Shown: piece by piece, positions 13,196-22,195 of the stretch
Numbering within the stretch: position 1 is the stretch's first letter
Layout of the letters: the number at the start of each line of letters is the position of its first letter
NCBI RefSeq assembly: GCF_005696695.1
Contig: NZ_CP040006.1
Location: 2,250,001 to 2,282,000 of the forward strand
Direction of reading: 5' to 3'
Source: Schaalia odontolytica
Lineage (GTDB): Bacteria; Actinomycetota; Actinomycetes; Actinomycetales; Actinomycetaceae
Length of the DNA: 32,000 nucleotides
Translations under genes and position numbers: made by a program
The notes under the pieces: generated by a model
The model's database searches: none
Told to the model about the DNA's origin: nothing
Seen by the model: the letters and a program-made list of their open reading frames with translations, nothing else

Positions 13196-14077
13196 CTAGC
13201 GGATCGTCACAGCTCGGGAGACGAGGCCCTGGCGTGCGCGGCGTTCCTTGTCATCCAGGCGCTCAGTGACCTTCAGGGCCTCCTCGAGAGCCTTGGCAAG
13301 GGCCTGCGTGCCGGGCGCGACGTCGGCCGCGCTGGCACCCTCGGGCAGCTCGAAGACCGGGACGATCAGGCCGCACGCACGGAAGGAACCCACGTAGCGC
13401 GAGCCCTCACCGACGTTGGCCTCGCCGCGCACGGCCAGGCGGGCGAGCGCATCGAAGAGCTTGGCTTCGTCGTTGTCCGTCAGGAAACGCACGAAGTTAC
13501 GGTTCATCTCGCACCAGTACGCGCCGGGGACGCCGGGGACGGGCTCGGTCGGGATGATCTCGTCGCGGTTCTGCTCGAGGGCGCGACGCGTCGACTCGTC
13601 GATCTCCTCGGCCGGGTCGAACCAGAAGGAGAAGTCCTCCTCGAGCTTCATGTCCGTGAAGCTGTCGACGTCGACGATGTCCTGGAGACGCTCGGAGGGC
13701 TCGCGCACGTCGATCGAGATGACGCCTTCGTCGCCGGCTTCCTTCGCGGCGATGGCCGCGAGCAGCGCGGCGCCCGCGTCGTGGCTGAGGTCCGCGGAGT
13801 TCGAGCGGGTCTGCAGCGCAACGAGGATACGGCCGTCGGGGCGCACCATCGCGGGGTGGCCCTCGGGCAGGAGAGTGACGAAGTCGAATTCGACGGCGCC
13901 GTGGTCGGCGTCGGTGCGTGCGGTCAGCGTGGCCGCCGGGATGAGCTCGCGCATGGCGACCAGCTCGATCTCCTTCGGCAGACCCTCGTAGGGGCGCGCG
14001 ACGAAGGGGATCGGCGGGCGATACGCCTTGAGCTTGGCGGGATCGGTGACCTTCTTACGGCGGCTAGCTTTACCCAT
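13196..14077 (-). CDS. Conserved actinobacterial hypothetical protein (possibly DUF5926-like)
   Basis: 293-aa ORF with a basic N-terminus (MGKASRRKKV), an acidic middle and high-GC third-position codon bias. The family name is from memory only. Confidence 0.6.
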   Translation of the reverse strand: MGKASRRKKVTDPAKLKAYRPPIPFVARPYEGLPKEIELVAMRELIPAATLTARTDADHGAVEFDFVTLLPEGHPAMVRPDGRILVALQTRSNSADLSHDAGAALLAAIAAKEAGDEGVISIDVREPSERLQDIVDVDSFTDMKLEEDFSFWFDPAEEIDESTRRALEQNRDEIIPTEPVPGVPGAYWCEMNRNFVRFLTDNDEAKLFDALARLAVRGEANVGEGSRYVGSFRACGLIVPVFELPEGASAADVAPGTQALAKALEEALKVTERLDDKERRARQGLVSRAVTIR

Positions 14078-14158
14078 GGGTGTAATCGTAGCGGTTTTCG
14101 CCCAATCGACGAGGTGGGGGCTGGGCGAGCCGGTCCACTCACCCCGGCCCGTGCCTCG

Positions 14159-15763
14159 TCAGCGGGCGGCGCCTCGGGCGATAACCTCCACGCCGGGCAG
14201 GGCCGCGCGGTAGGCGTCGAGGAAGCGTTCGTAGCCGGCCACGCCCTCGGGGGTGGGTTCCAGAGTCGAGACCGCAGTGCCCGCGAAGACCCGCTCGGAG
14301 AGGTAGTCCGGCAGGGCGGGTGCGGCCTCGTCCCCTGCGAGGACCGTACGGTAGCGCGCGAGCACCGCGATGCCCCACGCGCCACCCTCGCCCGCGGTAT
14401 CACCAACGGAGACGGGGATGTTCAGCGCGTCCGCGAGGATCTGCTGGGCGACGCCCGGGGTCTTGAAGAGGCCACCGTGTGCGAAGAGCGAGTCGAGGTG
14501 CACGCCCTCGCCGCTCAGGATGTCGACGCCGATGCGCACGGCGGCGAAGATGCTCATAAGCTGGGCGCGCACGGCGTTGGCGAGGCTCACGCGCGCGTCG
14601 GCGGTGTGAGTGAAGACCGGCTGCGCCGCCTCCTGGCCAACGAGGGGCTCGGCAGACAGCGTGTTGTAGGCCATGACGCCGCCCGCATCGGCCGCGCCCG
14701 TGAGCGCGTGGTTGTAGAGGGCCTCGTAGATTGCGGGCACGGACACGTCGACACCGACGAGGCGCGCGAAGTCGGCGAACCAGCCCACCCACGCGTCGAG
14801 CTCGGACGCGCCGTTGTTCGAGTGCACCATCGCGACGGGCGAGCCGTCGGGCGTGGTCACCATGTCGATCTCGGTGTGCAGCTCGGTGAGCGAGCGCTCG
14901 AGGACGGCCATCAGGAAGACGGAGGTGCCGCACGAGATGTTGCCCGTGCGCTGGGCGATCGCGTTCGTGGCGATCATGCCAGTGCCCGCGTCACCCTCCG
15001 GCGGGCACAGCGCGATCCCGGCCTGAAGCGTGCCGGTCGGGTCGATGAGCGCGGCGCCCTCGGGGGTCAGCGTCCCCGCGTCCTCGCCCGCGCTCAACAC
15101 GGTCGGGAGGACGTCGCGCAGGCGCCACGGGACCCGGGCCTCGACCAGGGCCTCGTACTGATCGAGGTAGGACTCCACGTAGGTACCGGCTTCCGAGTCG
15201 ATCGGGAACATGCCCGAGGCATCGCCGACGCCCAGGACGTGGCGGCCCGTTAGCTGGTGGTGGACCCAGCCGGCCAGCGTCGTGAGGCGGGCGACGCGCG
15301 GCGCGTGCTCCTCGGAGTCGAGGACCGCCTGGTGCAGGTGCGCGATCGACCAGCGCAGGGGGATGTTGAAGCCGAAGAGGCGGGTGAGCTCATCCGCCGC
15401 GCGACCCGTGTTGGTGTTGCGCCACGTGCGGAACGGCGCGAGCAGGTTGTCGTCGGCGTCAAAAGCAAGGTAGCCGTGCATCATCGCGGAGATGCCGAGC
15501 GAGCCGTACGACGTGGGGGTCACGTCGTAGCGCTCGCGCACGTCAGCCACCAGGGAGGCGTAGGCGCTTTGCAGGCCGGCGACAACCTCGTCGAGGGTGT
15601 AGGACCACAGGCCGCCCTCCAGATGGTTCTCCCACCCGTGGCCACCGGTGGCGAGCACCTCGTGATCGGGGCCGATCAGGACGGCTTTGATACGGGTCGA
15701 GCCGAACTCGATGCCGAGCGCGGTATCAGCGGCGGCGATGGCGGCGCGGGGGTCGGTGCTCAT
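14159..15763 (-). CDS. FGGY-family carbohydrate kinase (pentulose/xylulokinase-like)
   Basis: LGIEFGSTRIKAVL phosphate-1-like N-terminus, AMMHGYLAFD, and a GGLFKTPGVAQQILADAL C-terminal FGGY signature region. The start is set at ATG 15761-15763 with an AAGGAG SD 6 nt upstream. Confidence 0.8.
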   Translation of the reverse strand: MSTDPRAAIAAADTALGIEFGSTRIKAVLIGPDHEVLATGGHGWENHLEGGLWSYTLDEVVAGLQSAYASLVADVRERYDVTPTSYGSLGISAMMHGYLAFDADDNLLAPFRTWRNTNTGRAADELTRLFGFNIPLRWSIAHLHQAVLDSEEHAPRVARLTTLAGWVHHQLTGRHVLGVGDASGMFPIDSEAGTYVESYLDQYEALVEARVPWRLRDVLPTVLSAGEDAGTLTPEGAALIDPTGTLQAGIALCPPEGDAGTGMIATNAIAQRTGNISCGTSVFLMAVLERSLTELHTEIDMVTTPDGSPVAMVHSNNGASELDAWVGWFADFARLVGVDVSVPAIYEALYNHALTGAADAGGVMAYNTLSAEPLVGQEAAQPVFTHTADARVSLANAVRAQLMSIFAAVRIGVDILSGEGVHLDSLFAHGGLFKTPGVAQQILADALNIPVSVGDTAGEGGAWGIAVLARYRTVLAGDEAAPALPDYLSERVFAGTAVSTLEPTPEGVAGYERFLDAYRAALPGVEVIARGAAR

Positions 15764-15921
15764 GTGTGCTCCTTGGGTCTTCATTGACGAGGCCGGGGCC
15801 GGGGTTGCGTTAACGGTAACACTTTCGCGCATGACCCGACGGGGACCTGAGACCCCTTATCGAACGAGCTGCACGATATCGATGAGCAACGTATCAAATC
15901 TCAACAGTACAAGGTGCCGAA

Positions 15922-16521
15922 TTACTCAGCACCAAAGCCCTCGATGAAGAGCTCACGCGCGCGGTCGATGGCGGCGAGTTCCTTGTCGGTGAGTGGCTTG
16001 GTGGCGCTGCGCTCGATGAAGGTCATGACGACGGACGCGTAGACATCCGCGGCCAGCGGGAGCACCTCGTCATCCATGCGACCACGCGCCCAATCGGTAA
16101 ATACCGAACAGCACGTGCGATAAAGCTGCTCATGCAGATCCCCCTCGCCGCCCACGCGGATTGCCAGCAGGGTTGTCAGGGCCTGTCCATTGCGCGAATA
16201 CACGTCGGCGAGGTGTCGGGCGATGGCGCGGGCGTCGCGTCCCTCGCCGAACCATAGGCCCTCGAGGGCAGGGGTGATCTCCTCGAGGAGGAAGGACACG
16301 ACCTCAGCCAGGAGCGCGTCCTTGTCGGTGTAGTGGTCGTAAAAGGTCGTGCGCGAGACCATCGAGGCGGCGCAGATGTCGGTGACGCTCACGTGCGCGT
16401 AGAGCTTTGCCTGGCACGCCTTGACGAGGCCCGAGCGGATCGCCCGACGCGTCTTCCGGATCCGCAGATCCAGGTTCTTCTCAGCCTCACGCCCGTGCTT
16501 ATCCGCACTCCGCAGGAACAT
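15922..16521 (-). CDS. TetR/AcrR-family transcriptional regulator
   Basis: The N-terminal HTH reads RKTRRAIRSGLVKACQAKLYAHVSVTDICAASMVSRTTFYDHYTDKDALL. Divergent from the hydrolase gene at 16649. Confidence 0.85.
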   Translation of the reverse strand: MFLRSADKHGREAEKNLDLRIRKTRRAIRSGLVKACQAKLYAHVSVTDICAASMVSRTTFYDHYTDKDALLAEVVSFLLEEITPALEGLWFGEGRDARAIARHLADVYSRNGQALTTLLAIRVGGEGDLHEQLYRTCCSVFTDWARGRMDDEVLPLAADVYASVVMTFIERSATKPLTDKELAAIDRARELFIEGFGAE

Positions 16522-16648
16522 GTCTCTCCGATCATTTTTCCACTATCAATATGCTTATCCTACGCATAGCGGTCGCACCGTCCGGTATCCAACACTCCGT
16601 TTGCTATTGTGCGCCCCGCCGCACGCTCAGCGGCGATACGGTCGATGC

Positions 16649-17821
16649 ATGTTCACCGAGTACACCGGCAATCGCCAATTCAACCTCCAGCTCAACCGGA
16701 CCTTCGTACCGATCCTCGACCGCCCTGGCATAGACAAGATCGCAGCCACCACACTCCCCCGCCTGCGGACGACGACGCAGATCACGACGCTGGCCCAGCA
16801 CCTCGCCGAGCGCTTCGAAAAGCAAGGGGATGCGGATGCCGCGTGGCGCCTCTACGAGCTCGCTGCCTTCTACCTCGGGGCCGACGACCCCCGCAAGCAT
16901 CGCTTCATCGACGCAATGTCACGCACTTTCGACGAGGCCCACCGAGGCCTCGCGCTCACCCGGCACTCGGTCCCCTATCGCGGCGGGGAGCTCACCGCGA
17001 TGCGCTGGGAGGCGGACCCGGCGGACCAAGCTCAGGCACCGTCGGGCACCCCGACCACGCTCGTCATGATGAACGGCTTCGACGGGTACGCGGAGGAAAT
17101 CATCGACTTCGCGTCCCACTTCCCGGCCCGCCCCTTCGACATCATCACCTTCGACGGTCCCGGTCAGGGGCACACGGCGGCAGCGGGCATGCCCCTCGAG
17201 CCCGAGTGGGAGCACCCGACGGAGGCGGTCTTGGATTACTTCGGGGTGACCAGCGCGGCCGCGCTCGGCGTCTCCTTTGGCGGCTACCTTGTCACGCGCG
17301 CGGCCGCCCACTGCCCGCGCATCACGCACGTGATCGCCTTCGACATGATGTATCGGCTCCTTGACGGCCTGACGGTGCCACTGCCTCGTCCTCTGCGCCC
17401 CATCGCGAACGCGCTTATCGAGAACCCGCGGCCCGCGCGGCTCATCGATGCCGCGCTGGGGATGGCCTCGCGACTCAGCGCGGACCTGTCATGGAAGCTC
17501 CAGCAGGCGCGGCACCTCACGGGACTGCGCCGGCCCAGCCAGGTGCTGCGAGCCTTCGGCGACTACACGATGGAAGCTTTCGAGGGGCGCATCACCCAGC
17601 CATGCCTCGTCCTCGCCGGGGACGCGGATCAATACGTGCCCTTCGAGCGCCTGGGCGACGTGCGCTGCGCCCTGAGAAACGCTAAGTCGCTGGAGGTACG
17701 CGCGTTCCATGACGCGCAGGACCCGGATATGGCGCAGCACTGCCAGATCGGGGACCTTGACCGCGCCTTCGCGATCATGGGCGACTGGCTCAGCGGGCCG
17801 CAACCCCGCAGCGGCGCATGA
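16649..17821 (+). CDS. Alpha/beta hydrolase
   Basis: Nucleophile elbow GVSFGGYL and alpha/beta-fold spacing, with LAGDADQYVP near the acid position and a late His. The start is taken at ATG 16649 (MFTEYTGNRQ). The longer track ORF overlaps the TetR gene and promoter region. Confidence 0.7.
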   Translation: MFTEYTGNRQFNLQLNRTFVPILDRPGIDKIAATTLPRLRTTTQITTLAQHLAERFEKQGDADAAWRLYELAAFYLGADDPRKHRFIDAMSRTFDEAHRGLALTRHSVPYRGGELTAMRWEADPADQAQAPSGTPTTLVMMNGFDGYAEEIIDFASHFPARPFDIITFDGPGQGHTAAAGMPLEPEWEHPTEAVLDYFGVTSAAALGVSFGGYLVTRAAAHCPRITHVIAFDMMYRLLDGLTVPLPRPLRPIANALIENPRPARLIDAALGMASRLSADLSWKLQQARHLTGLRRPSQVLRAFGDYTMEAFEGRITQPCLVLAGDADQYVPFERLGDVRCALRNAKSLEVRAFHDAQDPDMAQHCQIGDLDRAFAIMGDWLSGPQPRSGA

Positions 17822-18707
17822 TGCCGTGCATGACCGCGGCGGCGCCATCGTTTTCGACGGCGGCCGTCACATGGTCGGCGTGGGCGCGCACCTCGTCGGA
17901 GGCCCCACCCATGGCGACGCCGAAAGCCGCCCACTCGATCATCGCAATGTCGTTCGTTCCGTCACCAACGGCGACGGTCCCGCACGCGGGAAGTCCGAGA
18001 CGCTGACGGAGAGACTCCAGGCCACTGGCCTTGGTCACGCCGAGGGGCTCGATGTCCGCCCAGGACGTCCAGCCGACGAACACCTCGTGCGTGCGTGACA
18101 CGTCCAGGGACGACAGGATCCGATCGAACTCCTCGCGATCCATGTCGGCGGCGCGCACGACGATCTTCGGCGTGGGCGTGGAGGCAAGCTCCTCCATCGA
18201 CACGATGCGATGATCGCTCCCCTCGATCTCGTTGTTCGGGAAGGGAGCGGACAGCAGGATGTCGGGGTGCGGCATCGATGCGAACACCGAGCCGGGCACG
18301 GCCGCGGCGATCTCCTCCAGGATCGGACCGGGCACGAAGGTGCGCTCCTCGACGATCTCGCACGCCCCGCCGCTCACGCGCACGAGGGTCGCGCCGTTAT
18401 TGCACAGCGCCCACCCGTCCGTGAACTCCAGGGCATCGAGAACGGGAATCACGCCCTCGAGCGCGCGGCCCGAGGCGATGAGCACCTGGGCACCCGCGGC
18501 GGCGAGGCCGTGGATCCCCTCGAGCACGCGCGGAGTCGCCCCCGCGGGGGTGAGGATCGTGCCGTCGATGTCGAGCGCGACCAGGACCTGGCCCGCCGAC
18601 GTCGGAAAGTCGGCGGGCAGGGCGGCCGAGGCCTCGTCGAGAAGATCCTCGAAGGGGCGAGCGACTTCCCCGGTGGAGGGGACCGTCAGGAAGCGCTCTT
18701 GGCTCAT
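17790..18707 (-). CDS. Cof-type HAD-IIB phosphatase
   Basis: HAD motifs [11 protein letters not shown] (DxD), IASGR and [12 protein letters not shown]. The ATG at 18705-18707 forms an ATGA overlap with the serS stop. The track N-terminal extension lies out of frame inside serS. Confidence 0.85.
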   Translation of the reverse strand: MSQERFLTVPSTGEVARPFEDLLDEASAALPADFPTSAGQVLVALDIDGTILTPAGATPRVLEGIHGLAAAGAQVLIASGRALEGVIPVLDALEFTDGWALCNNGATLVRVSGGACEIVEERTFVPGPILEEIAAAVPGSVFASMPHPDILLSAPFPNNEIEGSDHRIVSMEELASTPTPKIVVRAADMDREEFDRILSSLDVSRTHEVFVGWTSWADIEPLGVTKASGLESLRQRLGLPACGTVAVGDGTNDIAMIEWAAFGVAMGGASDEVRAHADHVTAAVENDGAAAVMHGIMRRCGVAAR

Positions 18708-19981
18708 CGAGCGACCGGGCTCAGAACCTCGAGTCCACCCAGGTAGGGACGCAGGGCCTCGGGCACGTAAATCGAGCCGTCCGCCTGCTGGTGATTCTCC
18801 AGGAAGGCGACGATCCAGCGGGTCGTGGCCAGGGTGCCGTTGAGGGTGGCGACCGCGGTCATGCCGTCCTCGCGACGCTCGCGAATGCCGAGGCGGCGCG
18901 CCTGGAACGTCGTGCAGTTCGAGGTCGAGGTGACCTCCATGTAGCGCTCCTGGGTGGGCAGCCACGCCTCGCAGTCGAACTTGCGGGCGGCGGAGGTTCC
19001 CAGGTCGCCGGCGGCCGTGTCAATGACGCGGTAGGGCAGCTCGACCTTGGCGAGCATCTCCTCTTCCCACGCGAGGAAGCGCTGGTGCTCCTCGGCGGCG
19101 TCCTCGGGGCGGCAGTAGCTGAACATCTCGGCCTTGTTGAACTGGTGGACGCGAATGATGCCGCGCGTGTCCTTGCCCGCGGAGCCGGCCTCGCGGCGGT
19201 AGCAGGTGGACCAGCCCATGTAGCGCTTGGGGCCATCCGACAGGTCGAGGATCTCGTCGGCGTGGTAGCCGGCGAGGGCCACCTCGGACGTGCCCGTCAG
19301 GTACAGGTCGTCGGCGGGCAGGTAGTAGATCTCGTCGGAGTGCTCGTTGAGGAAGCCGGTGCCACCCATGACCTGCGGGGTCACGAGGGTCGGGGTCATC
19401 ATCGGGACGAAGCCATTGGCGAGCGCCTGGTCCATGGCCATCGTCATGAGGGCCAGCTCGAGGCGGGCGCCGATGCCCTTGAGGTAGTAGAAGCGCGCGC
19501 CGGAAACCTTCGCGCCGCGCTTGGTGTCGATCGCGTCCAGGCCCTCGCCGAGCGCGAGGTGGTCCTGGGGCTCGAAACCCTCGGCCGCGAAGTCGCGGGG
19601 CGCGGGGCCCTCGTGGCGCAGAACCACGAAGTCGTCCTCGCCACCGACGGGCACGCCGTCGACGACCAGGTTGGGCAGGAGGCGCGCGAGGCGGTCGGCC
19701 TCGGCGTCGGCGGCGTTCGCGGCGGCCTCAGCGGCCTTCACCTGCTCGGCAAGCTCCTTGGCCTGAGCCAGGATCGCCGGCCGCTCCTCCTTGGAGGCGC
19801 GGCCCACGGACTTGGAGACCTCTTTTTGGGTGGCTCGCAGCGTCTCGAAAGCCTGCAGGGCCTCGCGGCGGGCGGCATCGGCCGCGATGATCTCATCGAC
19901 GAGGCCGGGGTTCGCTCCGCGGGCACGCTGGGAGGCGCGGGCGGGTTCGGGGTTTTCACGCAGGGCACGCACATCAATCAT
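18704..19981 (-). CDS. serS: Seryl-tRNA synthetase
   Basis: N-terminal coiled-coil arm beginning [12 protein letters not shown]. Class II motifs include [14 protein letters not shown] and [11 protein letters not shown]. The start is taken at MIDVRAL, the usual SerS N-terminus; the frame is open three codons further, to 19990. Confidence 0.95.
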   Translation of the reverse strand: MIDVRALRENPEPARASQRARGANPGLVDEIIAADAARREALQAFETLRATQKEVSKSVGRASKEERPAILAQAKELAEQVKAAEAAANAADAEADRLARLLPNLVVDGVPVGGEDDFVVLRHEGPAPRDFAAEGFEPQDHLALGEGLDAIDTKRGAKVSGARFYYLKGIGARLELALMTMAMDQALANGFVPMMTPTLVTPQVMGGTGFLNEHSDEIYYLPADDLYLTGTSEVALAGYHADEILDLSDGPKRYMGWSTCYRREAGSAGKDTRGIIRVHQFNKAEMFSYCRPEDAAEEHQRFLAWEEEMLAKVELPYRVIDTAAGDLGTSAARKFDCEAWLPTQERYMEVTSTSNCTTFQARRLGIRERREDGMTAVATLNGTLATTRWIVAFLENHQQADGSIYVPEALRPYLGGLEVLSPVAR

Positions 19982-20235
19982 GCCTCCCATCCTATGCCAG
20001 GTGGGCGCGCTGTGTCCCCTACCGACCCGACTTTGAATTCAACACGGCAGGTCAGGGTTATGCACAAACTACATCCCTAGGGTCTTCAAAACCCTGAAAG
20101 TTATCCACCTTTGGTGCATAACCGTGTGGACAACATGACGGCAAGCACACGTCAGCTCGTCTCTGATGACACGAAGTGCAACGAAAAGCCACTTCACAAC
20201 CCGTCCACAGGCATAAAGCGGGATACGCTAGGCAT

Positions 20236-21555
20236 ATGGACGCAATTTACTGGGCACTCGCAGCCTCCGCCGGAGCCGGAGCCATCGGAGTCGCGCGTCT
20301 GGCAACCGCCATCACCCGCCGGCATCGTCGCCGCAAGGCCCTCGACGTCCCCGCGTCGGTGGACGACCCGACGCGCGGACGGCCGCGTCCCTGGATCATC
20401 ATGAATCCCTCCAAGCACGAGAATCCACAGGCCTTCAAGGACCGCATCAACCGCAAGGCCAAGGAACTCGGCATCGACCACGTGCACTGGCGTGAAACCA
20501 CCCGCGAAGACCCGGGCACCGGGCAGGCCGTGCGTGCCCTCGAGGAAGGCGCCACCGTCGTGATCGCCGCAGGCGGAGACGGGACCGTGCGCGCCGTCGC
20601 AGCCGGCATGGCAGGATCCGGCGTCCGCATGGGCATCATCCCCGTGGGCACCGGCAACGTCCTGGCCGGAAACCTCTCCGTCCCCGATGACCCCGAAGAG
20701 GCCCTCGCCGTCGCGCTCGACCGCAACCACCGCGCCGTCGACCTGGCGTGGGTACGCGTCGAAGACGTCACCCAGGAGTCCACTCAGCCCGCCGAGGGCG
20801 GACTGCGCCTCGCCGCACGCACCGCGCTACACCCCGAAGCCAGCGCTGCGGACCAGGGCGCCCCGGCCTCGTCGATGGAGCCGCGCGCGGACGAGTACGC
20901 GTGCCTCGTCGTCGCGGGCATGGGCTACGACGGCGCAACGATGGCGGACACGAACCCCGAACTGAAGAAGCGCATCGGATGGATCGCCTACGTGTGGGCC
21001 GGCCTGGGCGCGATGGGCGTTCCGCGCATGAAGGCGCGCCTGACCCTGCGCTCCCCCGCCGCTCGAGTGGCAGACCCCCTCGGCGTCGGCGACCAAATCG
21101 CGGGAGAAGCCCTGGACGAGGCCGCCTCGGAGAGCCCGGAACCCCTGCGCTCACCCGCGGATGAGATCACCCGCGTCGAAGCCCGGTCCGTCATGTTCGC
21201 GAACGCCGGAGAGATGAAGATGCTGGTCCTCGCGCCCGACGCGGAGCTGTCGGACGGCCTCATCGACGTCATCGCGGTCGACGCGCACGCCGGCCTACTC
21301 GGCTGGGCGGACGTGACCTGGAAGATGCTCGGCCAGCTCATCGGCCTGCGCCCCATCAACCTGCCCGTATCGACCGGCAAGGTCGCGTTCCGCCAGGCGA
21401 AGGGAGCGTCCGTCACGGCCGAACAGGCCCAGGTGTGCCAGGTGGATGGCGACGCGATCGGCCTCGCCCACACCATGCACATTCGCATGCAGGCGGGCGC
21501 CCTCGACATCGCCGTGCCCGTGGAGCGCACGTGGATGGAGCTGCTGCCCGGCTGA
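20236..21555 (+). CDS. Diacylglycerol-kinase-family lipid kinase with N-terminal membrane helix
   Basis: DAGK catalytic-domain motifs IIMNPSK...VVIAAGGDGTVRAVAAGM...IIPVGTGNVLAGNL. The N-terminal AIYWALAASAGAGAIGVARLA is hydrophobic. Start at ATG 20236. Confidence 0.8.
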   Translation: MDAIYWALAASAGAGAIGVARLATAITRRHRRRKALDVPASVDDPTRGRPRPWIIMNPSKHENPQAFKDRINRKAKELGIDHVHWRETTREDPGTGQAVRALEEGATVVIAAGGDGTVRAVAAGMAGSGVRMGIIPVGTGNVLAGNLSVPDDPEEALAVALDRNHRAVDLAWVRVEDVTQESTQPAEGGLRLAARTALHPEASAADQGAPASSMEPRADEYACLVVAGMGYDGATMADTNPELKKRIGWIAYVWAGLGAMGVPRMKARLTLRSPAARVADPLGVGDQIAGEALDEAASESPEPLRSPADEITRVEARSVMFANAGEMKMLVLAPDAELSDGLIDVIAVDAHAGLLGWADVTWKMLGQLIGLRPINLPVSTGKVAFRQAKGASVTAEQAQVCQVDGDAIGLAHTMHIRMQAGALDIAVPVERTWMELLPG

Positions 21556-21605
21556 GCTCGCTTCCTTACGCGACGCGCGCCGCGCACGAGCTTGTCGCTG
21601 AGTAG

Positions 21606-21700
21606 CAGTGCACTACTTAGCGCGGCATTGCACCAGATATCAGGCAGTGCAATGCCCCCACAACTAGTGCATTGCTCCCGCATCTAGTGCAGTACTGCAG
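21606..21700 (+). repeat. ~95-nt noncoding repeat, unit A
   Basis: It aligns by eye at roughly 70% with 22000-22094 in direct orientation (shared ACTTAGCG, ATTxCACCAG, GTGCAxTGCTCCC, CTxGTGCAG). It contains a 10-bp hairpin, 21624-21633 / 21647-21656, with a 13-nt loop. Confidence 0.7.
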
Positions 21701-21780
21701 AGTCTGCGCCCATTGAACGCCGACAGGAGGCACTGTCGGCGACAAATTCCACGACGACGCTTGTTACCGATGAGGTGTTA

Positions 21781-21846
21781 CACCCGATCAGGAAGATTCA
21801 ACCCCTTCTGATCGGGTGGAATGTTCCCGATCAGGTTGAATCTTCC
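21781..21846. other. Cluster of strong, mutually exclusive hairpins (structured RNA or DNA element)
   Basis: An 11-bp stem forms between 21781-21791 and 21808-21818. Alternatively, a 21-bp interrupted stem forms: 21791-21802 with 21835-21846, and 21808-21816 with 21826-21834. The segment CTGATCGGG is shared by both folds. Confidence 0.6.
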
Positions 21847-21999
21847 CTAACGGGTTGAATCCCGACGATGGGATGCTAGGTTTCTCGTTGCACCTCGAGC
21901 AGGTATCTAGTGACACCTCGATGCGGAGCCTCGAGGCTAAGGCTCGCACATCTCCAACACCAACCCACTGCACATCTCCACGATCTGCCTTGTTACTAA

Positions 22000-22094
22000 G
22001 TGGTGTTACACCACTTAGCGGGGTATTACACCAGCTCGGAGGTGGTGTAACACCCCCTCACTGGTGCAATGCTCCCTAACTGGTGCAGACCTGC
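22000..22094 (+). repeat. ~95-nt noncoding repeat, unit B
   Basis: Counterpart of unit A. The homologous hairpin is 22022-22031 / 22045-22054 with the same 13-nt loop length. It contains the palindromic box GGTGT-N-ACACC at 22002-22012 and 22044-22054. Confidence 0.7.
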
Positions 22095-22195
22095 CCAATA
22101 CAGCTCGGGTGGCAGTTCGTTGGAGCAGGAGATGCCGTGACCCGGCTTATCCCTACCGGGGCGACGCCTATTGACTCAGCGCGGCAACGCGGGCG

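Noticed and set aside
13190-15253. 687-aa plus-strand ORF, the third-longest plus-strand ORF in the track
   Set aside because: It lies antisense to two genes with clear family signatures, the 293-aa conserved protein and the FGGY kinase. Its translation is Arg/Gly/Asp/Ala-rich low complexity with no motif, which is typical of stop-poor antisense frames in high-GC DNA.
16522-16648. TetR operator in the divergent intergenic region (TATGC-N9-GCATA)
   Set aside because: The inverted repeat is only 5 bp in an AT-rich stretch, which is too weak to call without comparative data.
18708-18965. N-terminal extension of the HAD phosphatase ORF into serS
   Set aside because: The extension lies out of frame inside the serS coding sequence and is Arg/His/Pro-rich. 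The ATG at 18707 forms an ATGA overlap with the serS stop and yields a normal-length Cof-type HAD.
21835-21870. tRNA-like T-arm strings (GGTTGAATCTTCC, GGGTTGAATCCCG)
   Set aside because: They resemble the GGTTCGAATCC T-loop consensus, but I could not build an acceptor stem, D-arm or anticodon arm around them. At most they are a tRNA 3'-end relic, so no tRNA gene is called.
21556-22195. Possible CRISPR array, or small ORFs (61 aa minus, 74 aa plus), in the noncoding region
   Set aside because: There are only two long repeat units, they are about 70% identical and 394 nt apart, and there are no regularly spaced short repeats. The two ORFs lack an SD, have odd composition and overlap the structured repeats.
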